A stretch of 62,254 bases of DNA, counting the filler. It is 5 parts of 5 records of this genome, joined end to end, with 100 filler letters (N's around TTAATTAATTAA, not from the genome) between each part and the next. Parts side by side here need not be neighbours in the genome. Positions count along the whole stretch, not along the records: positions 31,230 to 54,662 come from DRR723986_1752; 4 more parts are not named here. One strand, 5' to 3'. Shown piece by piece: positions 39,688 through 48,950 of this stretch (positions are counted from its first letter, which is position 1; the number at the start of each line of letters is the position of its first letter). The position numbers were made by a program, and so were the translations under genes. The notes under the pieces are model-generated. The model saw only the letters and a list, made by a program, of their open reading frames with translations. It made no database searches and was not told the DNA's origin.

Positions 39688-39714
39688 GTCCTGCCAGAGG
39701 TTCTCTGGCAGGAC
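39688..39714 (+). terminator. Intercistronic stem-loop after the SBP gene (stabiliser/attenuator; no U-tract)
   Basis: GTCCTGCCAGAG-GTT-CTCTGGCAGGAC, perfect 12-bp stem. Confidence 0.6.
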
Positions 39715-39758
39715 AACACTAATAAAAATCGACATCTCAAACAGGGAGCCGACAAACG

Positions 39759-40715
39759 ATGGCATTGTTCCTCGTTAACATTTTGGATGGCTTGGTCACG
39801 GGGCTTTTGCTCTTCATGCTCTGCAGTGGCCTTACGCTGATCTTCTCAATGATGGGCGTGCTGAACTTTGCTCACGCCAGTTTTTACATGCTGGGGGCGT
39901 ATTTCGCTTACCAGATTAGTACCGTAACAGGGTTCTGGATGGGCCTGTTAGTTGCGCCGGTGATCGTTGGTGTCATCGGGGCACTGATCGAGCGATACGG
40001 CCTGAGGCGAGTACATAAATACGGACATGTTCCCGAACTGATCTTTACCTTTGGTCTGGCCCTGCTGATCGAAGAAGTGGTTCAGTTCTTTTGGGGGAAA
40101 AGCCAGATGGCTTACTCCGAGCCGCTCGCTCTGAATTTTGCTGCGTTTTCTATCGCTGGAAATTCCTTTCCTGCCTACAAAGTCTTTATGATTTTCATGG
40201 CGATGGGACTGTTCTTGGTCTTGCTCTATATCCTGACAAAGACCCGAATTGGAATGACCATTCAAGCCGCGCTTAGCTATCCTGAAACCGTGCAAAACCT
40301 GGGGCATAACGTTCCTTTGGTGTTCATGTGCGTGTTCGGAGTAGGCACTGCGATGGCTGGTCTGGCTGGTGTGATTGCTGGGCCTGTTCTGGGGACCTTC
40401 CCAGGCATGGCGCTGCAACTTGGCTCCATTGTGTTCGTGACAATCGTGATCGGCGGATTGGGGTCCCTCTGGGGGGCACTCGTTGCGTCCTTGATCATCG
40501 GGTGGCTGCAAACCTTTGCTGCGGCGTACAATGTCGCCATGGAAGATATCCTGACAGCCGTCGGCTTTACCAAACCTGAAAATATCTGGGACCATCCCCT
40601 GCAGGATCTTTGGACCCTCACCTTGCCGCAAATCGGGCCGATTCTGCCTTATCTGTTGATGGTGTTTGTTCTTGTTCTGCGTCCACAGGGTCTGATGGGG
40701 AAACGTGAATCATGA
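39759..40715 (+). CDS. ABC permease (LivH-like)
   Basis: GLTLIFSMMGVLNFAH, IGGLGSL.GA, RPQGLMG. Confidence 0.94.
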   Translation: MALFLVNILDGLVTGLLLFMLCSGLTLIFSMMGVLNFAHASFYMLGAYFAYQISTVTGFWMGLLVAPVIVGVIGALIERYGLRRVHKYGHVPELIFTFGLALLIEEVVQFFWGKSQMAYSEPLALNFAAFSIAGNSFPAYKVFMIFMAMGLFLVLLYILTKTRIGMTIQAALSYPETVQNLGHNVPLVFMCVFGVGTAMAGLAGVIAGPVLGTFPGMALQLGSIVFVTIVIGGLGSLWGALVASLIIGWLQTFAAAYNVAMEDILTAVGFTKPENIWDHPLQDLWTLTLPQIGPILPYLLMVFVLVLRPQGLMGKRES

Positions 40716-42001
40716 CCATCGCCAGCAAAACACCACTCACAGCCGGAACAAAACGGCTGATTTCACTATCCACTGTTCTGCCTTGGGCGTTCGCTGCACT
40801 GTTTCTGTTGATCCTACCAGTGGTATTCCAAAGCAGTTCAGCACTGACCATCATGAACCAGATGGCGATCACAATTGTCTTTGCCCTTAGCTACAACATG
40901 TTGCTGGGGCAGGGGGGCATGCTGTCCTTTGGCCACGCTGTTTACATGGGCATCGGCGGTTTCTTTGCCATGCACGTGATGAACATGATCGAGTACCAAG
41001 GTCTTTGGCTGCCACTGCCCTTGCTGCCTATTGTCGGCGGTATGTTTGGCATGCTCTTCGCCTTTCTGATCGGCTCGTTCTCAACACGCCGCGCTGGGAC
41101 TGTCTTTGCGATGATCTCATTGGGCGTTGGGGAACTGATCGCTGCATGTTCCATTATCATCGTTGTCTTTTTCGGTGGTGAAGAAGGGATCTCGGGCGAT
41201 CGGACAATGGGTCCAGAATTCTTTGGCATGGATTTTGCCTCGCAGTCCGAGGTGTATTACCTGACCGTTGTCTGGCTAATGATCGCTGCGGTTCTGATGT
41301 ACCTGTTTTCGCGGACGCCGATTGGTCGGATTGCAAATGCGGTGCGTGACAATGAGGAGCGGGCAGAGTTCTTGGGCTACTCTCAGCGCAATGTACGGTG
41401 GATCTCCTTCATCGTGTCAGGCTTCTTTGCAGGTATCGCTGGGTCGCTTTTTGCGGTGAACTTTGAAATTTTGACCGAAGAAAACCTGAACCTCGCAACC
41501 TCTGGATCGATCTTGCTGATTACCTTTTTGGGCGGCGTCGGCTTTTTTGTTGGCCCAATCATTGGGGCAATCGTTTTTACGTTGTTGCAAACGGTTCTGG
41601 GTCTCTACACCGAAATCTGGTCGCTGTATCTGGGTATCCTGTTCGTGGCCTCTGTGATGTTCTTTCCGGGTGGATTTGCAGGCGTTATTGCGATGCATCG
41701 TCGTCCCTTGAACTTGGGTAAACTGCATCTTTTGACGGGGCCGTATCTCAAAGTCGCGATTCCCGCGGTAACGAGCATTCTGTCGCTGGCGGCAGTTCTG
41801 GAAATCCTGTTCCACAAGCGGCATGGCTTTGCCGGAGACGGTGAGATGTCTCTGTATGGGATCACTTTTGATAGCCACGGGTATCAGGCGCTGAGCTTGG
41901 CGATCGTCGTCGCTGCTGTTTCGTTGTTCCTTGTCTCTCGTATCACGCCAGAGATCAAAGCGGCTTGGGATGAAGCCAATCATGCAGGAGACGACCAATG
42001 A
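40712..42001 (+). CDS. ABC permease (LivM-like)
   Basis: LLGQGGMLSFGHA, AVRDNEERAEFLGY, LGGVG.F.GP. Confidence 0.94.
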   Translation: MTIASKTPLTAGTKRLISLSTVLPWAFAALFLLILPVVFQSSSALTIMNQMAITIVFALSYNMLLGQGGMLSFGHAVYMGIGGFFAMHVMNMIEYQGLWLPLPLLPIVGGMFGMLFAFLIGSFSTRRAGTVFAMISLGVGELIAACSIIIVVFFGGEEGISGDRTMGPEFFGMDFASQSEVYYLTVVWLMIAAVLMYLFSRTPIGRIANAVRDNEERAEFLGYSQRNVRWISFIVSGFFAGIAGSLFAVNFEILTEENLNLATSGSILLITFLGGVGFFVGPIIGAIVFTLLQTVLGLYTEIWSLYLGILFVASVMFFPGGFAGVIAMHRRPLNLGKLHLLTGPYLKVAIPAVTSILSLAAVLEILFHKRHGFAGDGEMSLYGITFDSHGYQALSLAIVVAAVSLFLVSRITPEIKAAWDEANHAGDDQ

Positions 42002-42762
42002 CGGCGCCGGCACTTGAACTGCGAGACCTAAGCAAAAGCTTCGGACTTGCTAAAATTATCCAGGGCGTTGACCTAAAGGTTGCCAAAGGGGAGCGGCACG
42101 CGATTATTGGACCTAACGGGGCTGGTAAGTCCACTTTGTTTAACTTGATCACTGGTAAATATGCTCCAACCTCCGGCGGTGTCTATCTTCACGGTGAAAA
42201 CGTTAGCGGGTTGAAGCCTTTCGAAATCAACCGCCGGGGTCTGAGCCGATCATTCCAGATCACGAATATCTTTCCAAACATGACCGTGTTTGAAAACATT
42301 CGGTGTGGTCTGCTCTGGACCATGGGATACAAATATTCGTTCTGGCACATGATTTCGGGTCAGCGGGATGTCACCGAAAAAGCCGAAGAAATTCTGGAAC
42401 AAATCAATCTGACAGCCCGTCGGGATTTGTTGGCAGGGACTTTGGCCTATGCGGAGCAGCGCGCGCTCGAAATCGGGATCACGATTGCGGGCGGAGCGGA
42501 CATCATTTTGTTGGATGAACCCTGCGCGGGCATGAGTCATTCGGAAACGGCTTTGATTGTGGATCTGATCCGCAAGGTTACCGAGGATAAAACCCTAATG
42601 ATCGTCGAACATGACATGGGCGTTATCTTTGATCTGGCGGATAAGATTTCCGTGCTGGTTTACGGCGAAATCATTGAATCGGATGTGCCGGATGCGGTGC
42701 GTGCATCGGCTAAGGTCAAAGAGGCCTATCTGGGCACCACGCTAGAAGATGAGGGGGTGTAA
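41998..42762 (+). CDS. ABC ATPase (LivG-like)
   Basis: GPNGAGKST, RSFQ, LLDEP, VEHDM, AYLG. Confidence 0.95.
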   Translation: MTAPALELRDLSKSFGLAKIIQGVDLKVAKGERHAIIGPNGAGKSTLFNLITGKYAPTSGGVYLHGENVSGLKPFEINRRGLSRSFQITNIFPNMTVFENIRCGLLWTMGYKYSFWHMISGQRDVTEKAEEILEQINLTARRDLLAGTLAYAEQRALEIGITIAGGADIILLDEPCAGMSHSETALIVDLIRKVTEDKTLMIVEHDMGVIFDLADKISVLVYGEIIESDVPDAVRASAKVKEAYLGTTLEDEGV

Positions 42763-42763
42763 G

Positions 42764-43465
42764 ATGCTCAAAGTTAATGATCTGCACGCCTACTATGGCA
42801 AAAGCCACATTCTGCAAGGTGTGAACCTTGAAGTGGGCGAAGGTGAAATTGTTTCCCTTTTGGGGCGCAATGGGGTCGGGCGCTCGACCACATGTAAAGC
42901 CATCATGGGAGAGGTTGCGCCGCAAGGTTCAGTTGAATTCCGAGGAGAAGAATTAGCCGGTAAGCGCAGCTATGAAATCGCCAAACGGGGCATCGGGTAT
43001 GTGCCAGAAAACCGGGATATCTTTCCGGGTCTGACAACGCGCCAAAATTTGATCCTAGGGTTGAAGCCGGGTCAAAAGGATGGTGACGGTCGGTGGTGTA
43101 TGGAGGATATGTTCAACATGTTCCCCAACCTTCGCACGCGGGCTGATGTAGATGCGTCAGTTATGTCTGGCGGCGAAAAACAGATGCTGACTGTTTGCCG
43201 CGCACTGATGGGCGATCCCGATTTCATCATGATTGATGAACCGACCGAAGGATTGGCACCTAAGATCGTGGAACAGGTTGGGGACCTTCTTTTGCAAATT
43301 GCAGAACGTGGTGTTTCTATTCTGTTGGTTGAGCAAAAGCTAACGATCGCTATGCGCGTCACCAATCGAGTCTATGTGATGGGCCACGGTCATATGGTGT
43401 TCGAGGGAACGCCCGAAGACCTGAAAAACAACAGTGAAATCCGTCAGGAGTGGCTGGAAGTATAA
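42764..43465 (+). CDS. ABC ATPase (LivF-like)
   Basis: GRNGVGRST, MSGGEKQML, IDEPTEGLAP. Confidence 0.95.
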   Translation: MLKVNDLHAYYGKSHILQGVNLEVGEGEIVSLLGRNGVGRSTTCKAIMGEVAPQGSVEFRGEELAGKRSYEIAKRGIGYVPENRDIFPGLTTRQNLILGLKPGQKDGDGRWCMEDMFNMFPNLRTRADVDASVMSGGEKQMLTVCRALMGDPDFIMIDEPTEGLAPKIVEQVGDLLLQIAERGVSILLVEQKLTIAMRVTNRVYVMGHGHMVFEGTPEDLKNNSEIRQEWLEV

Positions 43466-43513
43466 GCTTTTGGGTGTTCCGATTTGATTTGGGCCACCCC
43501 CCCCCTCGGTGCG

Positions 43514-44107
43514 TCATGCCGCTTCTAATGTGTTCGCAAGTCGCAGCGCCGCAAAATAGGCTGAGTATGCCCAATCCGCTGGCGGGTTGAGCGGGTTCAA
43601 AGAGTCCTGCGTCAGATACAGACCTACGATACCTTGCCCGACGATTTGACAATCCGCCTTGCTGGATTTTGGGTAATTTTTCGTCATCACTTCACTTGCC
43701 ATATCGTAGAATTTTTGCATGACGCGGATCAGTTCCAGGCGCAGCTCAGGGTAGGTTTCACTGGCTTGGGCCAATGACTGGAAGACGATGTTAAGGCGAG
43801 GGTCCGTAATGCTCTCGCGGCTAAAGAGTGTATCAATAAAATCTTTTGCCGAAGGGTAATTTACCAGAGCGTCTTCCATTCTGTCGGTTAGGGCCTCGAT
43901 CTCGGTCAATACGTGTTCGGCCAGAGCCTTGACCATATCATCCCGATTTCCAAGATGATGGCGGATCAAGGGGCGCTTCAATCCTGCTTCTGCGGCTATG
44001 CGCTCAAGCGTGGCGCCTTCGATGCCGTACTTAGCCGCGCAGGTCAGAAAAGCATCAAGGACTTCGACTTTACGCTGTTTCTGAACAGAGGGACGCCCCA
44101 TTTCCAT
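43514..44107 (-). CDS. TetR/AcrR-family regulator
   Basis: MGRPS...YGIEGATLERIAAEAGLKRPLIRHH.GNRDD HTH. Confidence 0.9.
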   Translation of the reverse strand: MEMGRPSVQKQRKVEVLDAFLTCAAKYGIEGATLERIAAEAGLKRPLIRHHLGNRDDMVKALAEHVLTEIEALTDRMEDALVNYPSAKDFIDTLFSRESITDPRLNIVFQSLAQASETYPELRLELIRVMQKFYDMASEVMTKNYPKSSKADCQIVGQGIVGLYLTQDSLNPLNPPADWAYSAYFAALRLANTLEAA

Positions 44108-44192
44108 ACCCTTTCACACGGTTACCGGCCAGACAGTAGGTCGCGTGAAAGATGCTGTCAATGAAGGGGTAATCGTATGAATATAAACAAAA

Positions 44193-45167
44193 TTAGGATT
44201 CTGACATTTCAGCTTTCAGCCCAGATAAAATGAAACTGTGCAGGCTATCTTTGATTTCCTGAGTAGGGAAATGTCCGATACTCCAATGCCGCAATGCCCA
44301 AGAGGTGCATAGGAAGTAGACAAGGTTAGCCAGAAGTTCTGTATTGACCGGTTTAAAAACGCCTTGTTCGACGCCTTCTTCGATTATGGCCTGCCAGCGT
44401 TTCATAAATGCACGCTCGGTATCAAAGACCTTTAATTTGTTTTCGGCGTTCAGGGACCGGGTTTCAGAATACACAAGGTTTATGTATTTCCGGTTTTCAC
44501 CGATATAATCGATGTAGCGATCCACCGCTTTGATCAGGTTCTCTTCGGGTGTTCCTGACAGGAATTCCTCGTTGTCAAAGAAGGTGAACATGCCCTGCAT
44601 ATTGACGGTCATGATCAAGTAGAGAATGTCATCTTTGTCTTTGATGTATTTGTACATTAACGGCACCGACAGTCCGGCCTCGCGCGCGATTTCCCGCATG
44701 GTTGCATTGCCAAAACCGTGGCGTGCGATGACTTTACATGCGCCCTCAAAAATCTGAAGACGACGGGTTTCAGCAGTGCTGGACAGGGGCTCTTTGGCTA
44801 CGGCTTCTGTAGGTTTTGCAGCAGGTGTTACAGGGGGCTCAGCAGGCACAGTGACACGGAATACACAGAGTGCCTCGGCAATATTCCGTTTCTTGGAGGA
44901 GTCTCCACCCAGTTGAGAGAGTACCACACGGCACACATGTTGATCCGACGACTTAGAGGACAGCCTGGTGGGTTTTGCCACTAACGATTCTGAATTGAGG
45001 GTCCCTAACGTTGAAAGGGAGCTCGACACCAGTTCAAGAACACCAGTTGTATCTCGTTCCAGTTCGCTTCGAGCTGCATCAATTGCGAGCGAAGCGCAGG
45101 CGCCGTCTTGGGTATTTTGTTTAATAAATTCAGATATTTGCTCTGATGAGTAAGAGTGCATAGTCAC
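44193..45167 (-). CDS. TetR-family regulator with a ~130-aa N-terminal extra domain
   Basis: The HTH (RRLQIFEGACKVIARHGFGNATMREIAREAGLSVPLMYKYIKDKDDIL) begins only after about 130 residues and a Pro/Ala linker. Confidence 0.9.
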   Translation of the reverse strand: MTMHSYSSEQISEFIKQNTQDGACASLAIDAARSELERDTTGVLELVSSSLSTLGTLNSESLVAKPTRLSSKSSDQHVCRVVLSQLGGDSSKKRNIAEALCVFRVTVPAEPPVTPAAKPTEAVAKEPLSSTAETRRLQIFEGACKVIARHGFGNATMREIAREAGLSVPLMYKYIKDKDDILYLIMTVNMQGMFTFFDNEEFLSGTPEENLIKAVDRYIDYIGENRKYINLVYSETRSLNAENKLKVFDTERAFMKRWQAIIEEGVEQGVFKPVNTELLANLVYFLCTSWALRHWSIGHFPTQEIKDSLHSFILSGLKAEMSES

Positions 45168-45251
45168 CCACGGTCCCTGTCTGTTCTTCCGCTACGATGC
45201 GGGGGGCGGACGGACTTGTCCAGATTCAACCTGACCTGCAAGGCCCAAAAG

Positions 45252-45267
45252 TAGTGTTCGCTCACTA
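45252..45267. promoter_or_regulatory. Operator palindrome 2 (upstream of the long tetR)
   Basis: TAGTGTTCGCTCACTA, one mismatch to TAGTGAnCGnTCACTA. Confidence 0.7.
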
Positions 45268-45317
45268 AATTGACGGGAGGTCACGTCGCTTATGCAGTGC
45301 ATATCAGCAAAAAATAT

Positions 45318-45362
45318 TTGACGTCACTGTATTTTTGAGAAAATATTAGTGAACGTTCATTA
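45318..45362 (+). promoter_or_regulatory. Promoter (-35 TTGACG) with operator palindrome 3
   Basis: TTGACG at 45318; TAGTGAACGTTCATTA at 45347-45362, 16 nt before the LLM start codon. Confidence 0.72.
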
Positions 45363-45378
45363 ATTTAGGAATCTCGCC

Positions 45379-46512
45379 ATGAAATTTAAGATTCTCGCCA
45401 TCCCCTTCGCACGACAGCATGGCGAAGACATTCAGCTTGCCGGGCGCGACCCGGGACGTTTCAATAAGATGATGCACACGTTGCGGGATCAGATGGTTCT
45501 GGCTGAAGAGTTGGGATACGAAGGGTTCTGCCTGACCGAGCACCACATGCAGGTCGAAGGCATCGAATGTACGACGAACCCGCTTTTCTGGAACATGTAC
45601 ATCGCGCAACACACCAAGAATTTCAAAGTGGGTCAGTTGGGTATGAACCTGACCGCGATGAACCCGATTAAAACCGCCGAAGACATCGCGATGCTGGACC
45701 ACATGACCGGTGGCCGGGTGTTTGCGGGTTTCTCACGCGGGAATACGCCTCGCTGGACCGCGACAATGGGCCAGCACTTGGACATCACCTCGACTGAATC
45801 CGACAAATCCGAAGCTGATCAGCGAAACCGCCGCGCCATGTATGAAAACTGGCGGCTTATCAAGTCGCTGTGGACGGATGACTTGACCAGCCACAATGGC
45901 GAGTTCTGGGATTTCCCGTCAAATGTCGAATGGGAATTCAATCCAACGAAACTGTGGGGTGGGGACAGCCCGGTTGACGAAAACAAGATCTTGCGCAAAT
46001 CCGGTATCGTGCCGCGTCCGCTGCAACAGCCACATCCCAAGGTGTACGCGCCATTCTCATATTCGATGGAAACGGCCAAGTTCTGGGCTTCTGAAGGGGC
46101 CAAGATGGTGTCCTTTGTAACTGCGGACAAAGAAGAGTTCATGCCGGTTATTCTGGACAATTGTCTGGAGGCGGCTCATGCAAACGGACTGACGCAGACC
46201 ACAAATAATGATGTGCTGACACTGGGTGGTCATCTGCTGATGGGTAAAACCCCAGAAAAGACCAAACAGTATCGCGGTATGTTTGATGAGCTGTGGGCCA
46301 AGGCCTACGACGCGCCTCCCTACCACGTGCCGCTCGGCCGTGTCTGGGACGGTTCGCGTCAGCAAGTTGTAGACCAGATTTGCGAGCTGGCTGAGCGCTA
46401 TCAGATCGACGAATTCTTTGTCTGGCATCATGTCAACTACTTCGGAGACGAGATCGAGCAAGAGGCGCTAATCGAATTTTCCGAAGGCGTCATCAAACAA
46501 GTCAACGGCTAA
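45379..46512 (+). CDS. LLM-class (luciferase-like) flavin-dependent monooxygenase
   Basis: AEELGY...TEHH, NPIKTAEDIAMLDHMTGGR..AG..RG, PRPLQQPHP. Confidence 0.92.
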   Translation: MKFKILAIPFARQHGEDIQLAGRDPGRFNKMMHTLRDQMVLAEELGYEGFCLTEHHMQVEGIECTTNPLFWNMYIAQHTKNFKVGQLGMNLTAMNPIKTAEDIAMLDHMTGGRVFAGFSRGNTPRWTATMGQHLDITSTESDKSEADQRNRRAMYENWRLIKSLWTDDLTSHNGEFWDFPSNVEWEFNPTKLWGGDSPVDENKILRKSGIVPRPLQQPHPKVYAPFSYSMETAKFWASEGAKMVSFVTADKEEFMPVILDNCLEAAHANGLTQTTNNDVLTLGGHLLMGKTPEKTKQYRGMFDELWAKAYDAPPYHVPLGRVWDGSRQQVVDQICELAERYQIDEFFVWHHVNYFGDEIEQEALIEFSEGVIKQVNG

Positions 46513-46565
46513 GGCCAAGGCCGGGCCATATAAGGCCCGGCACCCATTCCAGAGGATGCCTGATC

Positions 46566-47063
46566 ATGACAGATAATACGCAAGAGTTGTTCAAGCAGGG
46601 GATGCAACTGCTGGCCGCGTCGACCACCATCATCACCTCCGAACACGAAGGCGCGCGCGCTGGCATGGCGGCTACGGCTGTGACATCGCTGGCCGCAGAT
46701 CCCCCGTCCTTGTTGGTCTGTACCAACCGTACCGCGCGAACTTTTGAGTACATTATGGGGTCCGGAAAATTTGCCGTGAATGTTGTGCCTGACAGTTTGC
46801 TAGACGTCGTCGGGGCGTTCTCTTCGAAGGAAGATAAGGAAAAGCAGTTCCAGATGGCGGGCACATGGGAGCGGTCAGAGAGTGGCCTGCCCATTTTGAA
46901 AGAGGCGGTCGCGTCTTTTGAATGCACAGTCGGCGAATGGACTGATGCGCACACCCATCGCGTGTTCTTTGGTCTTGTGAATGCGGTGCACCTGAATCCC
47001 GAAGCCTCAGCTTTGATTTACGCGCAGCGTGGCTTTTTCAAACTGGCGCCTGTTGCGGCGTAA
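46566..47063 (+). CDS. Flavin reductase (HpaC/RutF-like)
   Basis: GMAATAVTSLAADPPSLLVC, FAVN, GLPIL, THRVFFG. Confidence 0.93.
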   Translation: MTDNTQELFKQGMQLLAASTTIITSEHEGARAGMAATAVTSLAADPPSLLVCTNRTARTFEYIMGSGKFAVNVVPDSLLDVVGAFSSKEDKEKQFQMAGTWERSESGLPILKEAVASFECTVGEWTDAHTHRVFFGLVNAVHLNPEASALIYAQRGFFKLAPVAA

Positions 47064-47081
47064 CTACACTCGGAGGACGAC

Positions 47082-47459
47082 ATGGCGGATATCGCGAAAA
47101 TCGAAACCATGATGCAGGACTATATGATCGGCCTGCACACTGGCGATCAGGCTGCAATTGACGCGCAGTTTTTGCCAGAGTGTGATCTGTGCTGCGCCAA
47201 CGAAGATGGCAGCTACATCCATATGTCTCTGCAGCAGTACAAAGATCTTGTTGCAGGTCGCAAAAGCCCCAAGGAACTGGGCTATCCGGTCTATGGCCAT
47301 GTAGTGCATATAGATCAGTCTGGCCCCAATACGGCCTTTGTAAAGGTCGATTGCGCGGTGCAGCCAAAGTACTTCATTGACTACCTGTCATTGGTCAAAA
47401 CCGAGGGCGAATGGAAAATCGCGTCCAAGGTTTACTACGTCAAGAAGTATCAGGAATAA
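47082..47459 (+). CDS. NTF2-like (SnoaL/putative lumazine-binding) protein
   Basis: Y..GLH.GD......F, AFVKV, FIDYLSLVK..GEWKI.SK. Confidence 0.85.
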   Translation: MADIAKIETMMQDYMIGLHTGDQAAIDAQFLPECDLCCANEDGSYIHMSLQQYKDLVAGRKSPKELGYPVYGHVVHIDQSGPNTAFVKVDCAVQPKYFIDYLSLVKTEGEWKIASKVYYVKKYQE

Positions 47460-47486
47460 CAATCCTCTAGCGTAACAGAGATTATC

Positions 47487-48875
47487 ATGACCGGTCCCAT
47501 CCATACCTTGTCCGCTGTTGAATTGACCGACGCGTACCGCCGTCGCGACCTGTCCCCTGTTGAGGTGCTGGACGCAACACTTGCGCGGATCGAAGAGGTC
47601 AATCCAAAGATCAACGCGATCTATCACATCGCCCGAGATGGGGCAGTAGAACAGGCTCAGGCCTCTGAACGCCGTTGGCGCGAGGGCGCACCCTGTGGTT
47701 TGCTTGATGGGGTGGTGACCACGATCAAGGATGCGCTTGAGACCAACGGTATGCCGGCCCATCGCGGGTCGGCAGCTGGCAGCGGGGTGGTTCACTCCTC
47801 CGACCACCCCACTGTCGCAAGAATGCGCGAAGCCGGCAGCGTGATCCTGGGCAAGAATACCATGTGCGATTATGGCATTCTCGCTGCGGGCGTCAGTTCA
47901 CACCATGGGGTCACGCGCAACCCCTGGGATCTGAGCCGGACAACTGGAGCGTCCTCTTCCGGTGCAGCGGCCAGTGTCTGCGCCGGGATCGAGCCGTTGT
48001 CTATTGGGACCGATATCGTGGGCTCTATCCGGTTGCCTGCGTCCTATTGCGGGTTGGCGGGACATAAACCGTCGTATGGGCGGGTGCCGTATGCGTTTCA
48101 GGGCAGCCCGGTTTTGGTTGCAGGTCCTTTGGCACGATCCATCACCGATGTCGCTCTGCACATGAATGTTCTGGTCGGTGCGGATGCACGTGATTTCTCG
48201 GCATTGCCACGCGAAGATGTGGATTATGTGGCCGAGTTGCCGCGCTTTGATCCAACTGGCAAGCGCGCGCTGGTGATCACTGAACTGGGCATTGGGGAAC
48301 CTGTCAACGAAGACGTAGCAAATGCCACCCTACGCGCGGGCGAGGCGCTGCGTGGTCTGGGCGTGACGGTTGACCGTATGACAACACCGCCGTTTGAGCG
48401 CGGCGAATGGGCTCCGGCTGAGCTGTTTTATATGGTGCGCACCCTCAGCGAGCTGAGTCAGCATTCAAAGGCGGAACAACGCAAGACGCCTGTGATTTTT
48501 GACTGGACGCGCCGTGCTCTGGGGCTGAGCGCCACCGATCATCATGCCAATTTTGTTGCGACGCAACTCCTGCGTGAGCGGGCGCTAAACCTGATCGCAG
48601 GGTATGATTTTGTGATCCTGCCTTCCACGCCAACAACCGCCTTTCAGGCCGAACTGCCAGGGTCGGATCCGGACCGGATATTTGAAAGTTGGGCGAACAC
48701 CTTTTTGTTTAATCTGACAGAACAACCCGCATCCAGCGTGCCGGTCGGGCTGGACCGCATGGGTTTGCCCATCGGGGTGCAAATCGTTGGACAGCGTTAT
48801 GACGACGTGGGCGTGTTGGGAATGTCATTCGCATTGGAGCAGGTCGTTGAACGGCTGAGCGCACCACAACTCTGA
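47487..48875 (+). CDS. Amidase-signature family enzyme
   Basis: TIKD (Lys), RNPWD...GASSSGAAA, GTDIVGSIRLPA (Ser-cisSer-Lys triad). Confidence 0.94.
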   Translation: MTGPIHTLSAVELTDAYRRRDLSPVEVLDATLARIEEVNPKINAIYHIARDGAVEQAQASERRWREGAPCGLLDGVVTTIKDALETNGMPAHRGSAAGSGVVHSSDHPTVARMREAGSVILGKNTMCDYGILAAGVSSHHGVTRNPWDLSRTTGASSSGAAASVCAGIEPLSIGTDIVGSIRLPASYCGLAGHKPSYGRVPYAFQGSPVLVAGPLARSITDVALHMNVLVGADARDFSALPREDVDYVAELPRFDPTGKRALVITELGIGEPVNEDVANATLRAGEALRGLGVTVDRMTTPPFERGEWAPAELFYMVRTLSELSQHSKAEQRKTPVIFDWTRRALGLSATDHHANFVATQLLRERALNLIAGYDFVILPSTPTTAFQAELPGSDPDRIFESWANTFLFNLTEQPASSVPVGLDRMGLPIGVQIVGQRYDDVGVLGMSFALEQVVERLSAPQL

Positions 48876-48950
48876 ACACATCAAAATAGAAATACCAACA
48901 TCGCTGCCGGGCCTGAGAGTGCCCGGCGGGGCAATTCTGGAGGAAAACTC

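Noticed and set aside
38408-43465. ABC transporter as the nicotinate importer
   Set aside because: Although divergent from the nicotinate operon, its promoter shares the operator of the LLM operon. Not excluded, but less supported.
45379-47063. LLM/reductase as trigonelline monooxygenase TgnAB or as bacterial luciferase
   Set aside because: Proximity to nicotinate genes is suggestive, but I see only general LLM motifs, no tgnCDE-like or luxCDE genes, and a single LLM subunit
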